Shown here piece after piece: positions 34,672 to 36,019 of a DNA stretch of 36,019 nucleotides (positions are counted from its first letter, which is position 1; each line of letters opens with the position of its first letter). Position numbers and translations under genes: made by a program. Source of the DNA: a virus (lineage: Duplodnaviria > Heunggongvirae > Uroviricota > Caudoviricetes); IMG/VR virus record IMGVR_UViG_2537561980_000006. One strand, written 5' to 3'. The notes under the pieces are model-generated. The model saw only the letters and a list, made by a program, of their open reading frames with translations, was not told the DNA's origin and did not search any database.

Positions 34672-36019
34672 ATGGCAGTAAAAATTTCAGGTGTACTGAA
34701 AGACGGTGCAGGTAAACCGGTACAGAACTGCACAATCCAGCTGAAAGCAAAACGTAACAGCACCACGGTGGTGGTGAACACGGTGGCATCTGAAAATCCG
34801 GATGAAGCCGGGCGTTACAGCATGGACGTTGAGTACGGTCAGTACAGCGTTATTCTGTTGGTGGAAGGCTTCCCGCCATCGCATGCCGGGATCATCACCG
34901 TGTATGAAGACTCACAACCGGGTACGCTGAATGATTTTCTCGGTGCCATGACGGAGGATGATGCCCGTCCGGAGGCTCTGCGCCGTTTTGAACTGATGGT
35001 GGAAGAGGTGGCGCGTAACGCGTCCGTGGTGGCACAGAACACGGCAGCCGCGAAGAAGTCAGCCAGTGATGCCAGCACATCAGCCCGTGAGGCGGCAACC
35101 CATGCGACTGATGCTGCAGGCTCAGCACGCGCAGCCAGCACGTCAGCCGGACAGGCCGCGTCGTCGGCTCAGTCAGCGTCTTCCAGCGCAGGAACGGCAT
35201 CAACAAAGGCCAGTGAAGCATCGAAAAGTGCTGCTGCTGCAGAGTCCTCAAAAAGCGCGGCAGCTACCAGTGCCAGTGCCGCGAAAACGTCAGAAACGAA
35301 TGCGGCAGCGTCACAAAAATCTGCAGCCACTTCTGCATCCGCAGCGACCACAAAGGCGTCAGAAGCTGCCACCTCAGCCCGGGATGCGTCGGCCTCAAAA
35401 GAGGCAGCGAAATCATCAGAAACGAACGCATCATCAAGTGCCAGTAGTGCAGCTTCCTCGGCAACGGCGGCAGGAAATTCCGCGAAGGCCGCAAAAACGT
35501 CTGAGACGAATGCAGATAACAGCGCACAGGCGGCAGCAGACTCACAAACTGCATCAGCAAACTCCGCGACAGCAGCCAAAAAATCAGAAACCAACGCGAA
35601 AAATAGCGAGGCAGCAGCAAAGAGCAGCGAAACCAACGCTAAAGCCAGCGAAACTAATGCTAAATCCAGTGAAACAAACGCGGCGAAATCGGCAGCGGAC
35701 GCACTTAATTATCGCAACCAGGCGCAAGGGATTGTAGGCACCAGCATCGGCCTCGGGGCATCACCGCGTGATTGTCCTGATATTTCCGGCAACCCATCAG
35801 GGTATATCGGATTTATGCGCATTATGAGTAATGCAAAAGGCTTTCCATCGATTGCATCCGGTGAAAGCAGTCTTACGGGGTTTATTAGTCAGGTAGATGG
35901 AACACCAGCGTATACAGGTGTATTTCAGGGATGGGCTACGCGCTCGCTTTATACTTATCGCTGGAATCCGACAATAGGCCCGCAGTGGACGCGTCACGCA
36001 AGAAAAGATGAAGTGGACA
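34672..36019 (+). CDS. stf: Side tail fiber protein Stf, N-terminal part (runs off window end)
   Basis: MAVKISGVLKDG.GKPVQNCTIQLKA.RNSTTVVVNTV.. then Ala/Ser/Thr-rich repeats (KTSETNA..); no stop before window end. Confidence 0.8.
   Translation, partial: MAVKISGVLKDGAGKPVQNCTIQLKAKRNSTTVVVNTVASENPDEAGRYSMDVEYGQYSVILLVEGFPPSHAGIITVYEDSQPGTLNDFLGAMTEDDARPEALRRFELMVEEVARNASVVAQNTAAAKKSASDASTSAREAATHATDAAGSARAASTSAGQAASSAQSASSSAGTASTKASEASKSAAAAESSKSAAATSASAAKTSETNAAASQKSAATSASAATTKASEAATSARDASASKEAAKSSETNASSSASSAASSATAAGNSAKAAKTSETNADNSAQAAADSQTASANSATAAKKSETNAKNSEAAAKSSETNAKASETNAKSSETNAAKSAADALNYRNQAQGIVGTSIGLGASPRDCPDISGNPSGYIGFMRIMSNAKGFPSIASGESSLTGFISQVDGTPAYTGVFQGWATRSLYTYRWNPTIGPQWTRHARKDEVD

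Noticed and set aside
35200-35700. Repetitive sequence (TCAGAAACGAATGC.. repeats) considered as a possible CRISPR-like array
   Set aside because: The repeats are in-frame coding repeats (KTSETNA / KSSETNA) of the tail fiber; no spacer/repeat architecture and no cas genes.
35066-35737. 223-aa plus-strand and 155-aa minus-strand ORFs inside stf
   Set aside because: Alternative frames of the Ala/Ser/Thr-rich repetitive stf coding region; the stf frame from 34672 matches lambda Stf.

Overview
This window reads as a mosaic lambdoid prophage of an enterobacterial host (E. coli/Shigella-like by sequence character; inferred, not searched). Left to right: (1) a Tn10-type remnant, an IS10 copy abutting an inverted IS10 fragment, with no intact transposase gene; (2) small leftward early genes; (3) an immunity switch with a leftward HTH repressor and rightward Cro-like and CII/YdaT-like genes, flanked by repeated ATGTACT motifs; (4) a replication initiator gene containing an iteron array; (5) a nin-like region of small genes with two AT-rich cargo islands, RusA, a DUF968-like protein and a Q-type antiterminator; (6) four tRNA genes; (7) a lysis cassette with an M15-type endolysin; (8) an HK97-like packaging and head module (HNH, TerS, TerL, portal, protease, major capsid); (9) tail genes with a G/GT programmed frameshift and tape measure; (10) lambda-like tail tip genes M, L, K, I, J, then lom and the start of stf. 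The best candidate for an undescribed system is the AT-rich island at 7595-8825, immediately upstream of a hok-family toxin: a three-ORF operon whose central gene has clan CD (caspase-like) cysteine-protease motifs and is split at a T9 homopolymer. Secondary candidates are a tandem pair of paralogous small basic proteins (5971-6341), a convergent small-ORF pair in a second AT-rich islet (14906-15301), and the ORF-free 650 bp between the tRNAs and the lysis genes. Single-nucleotide frame breaks occur in the IS10 transposase, the caspase-like gene and J; gene decay and assembly indel error cannot be told apart from sequence alone. All family assignments come from reading the translations against remembered protein families; no database search was run.
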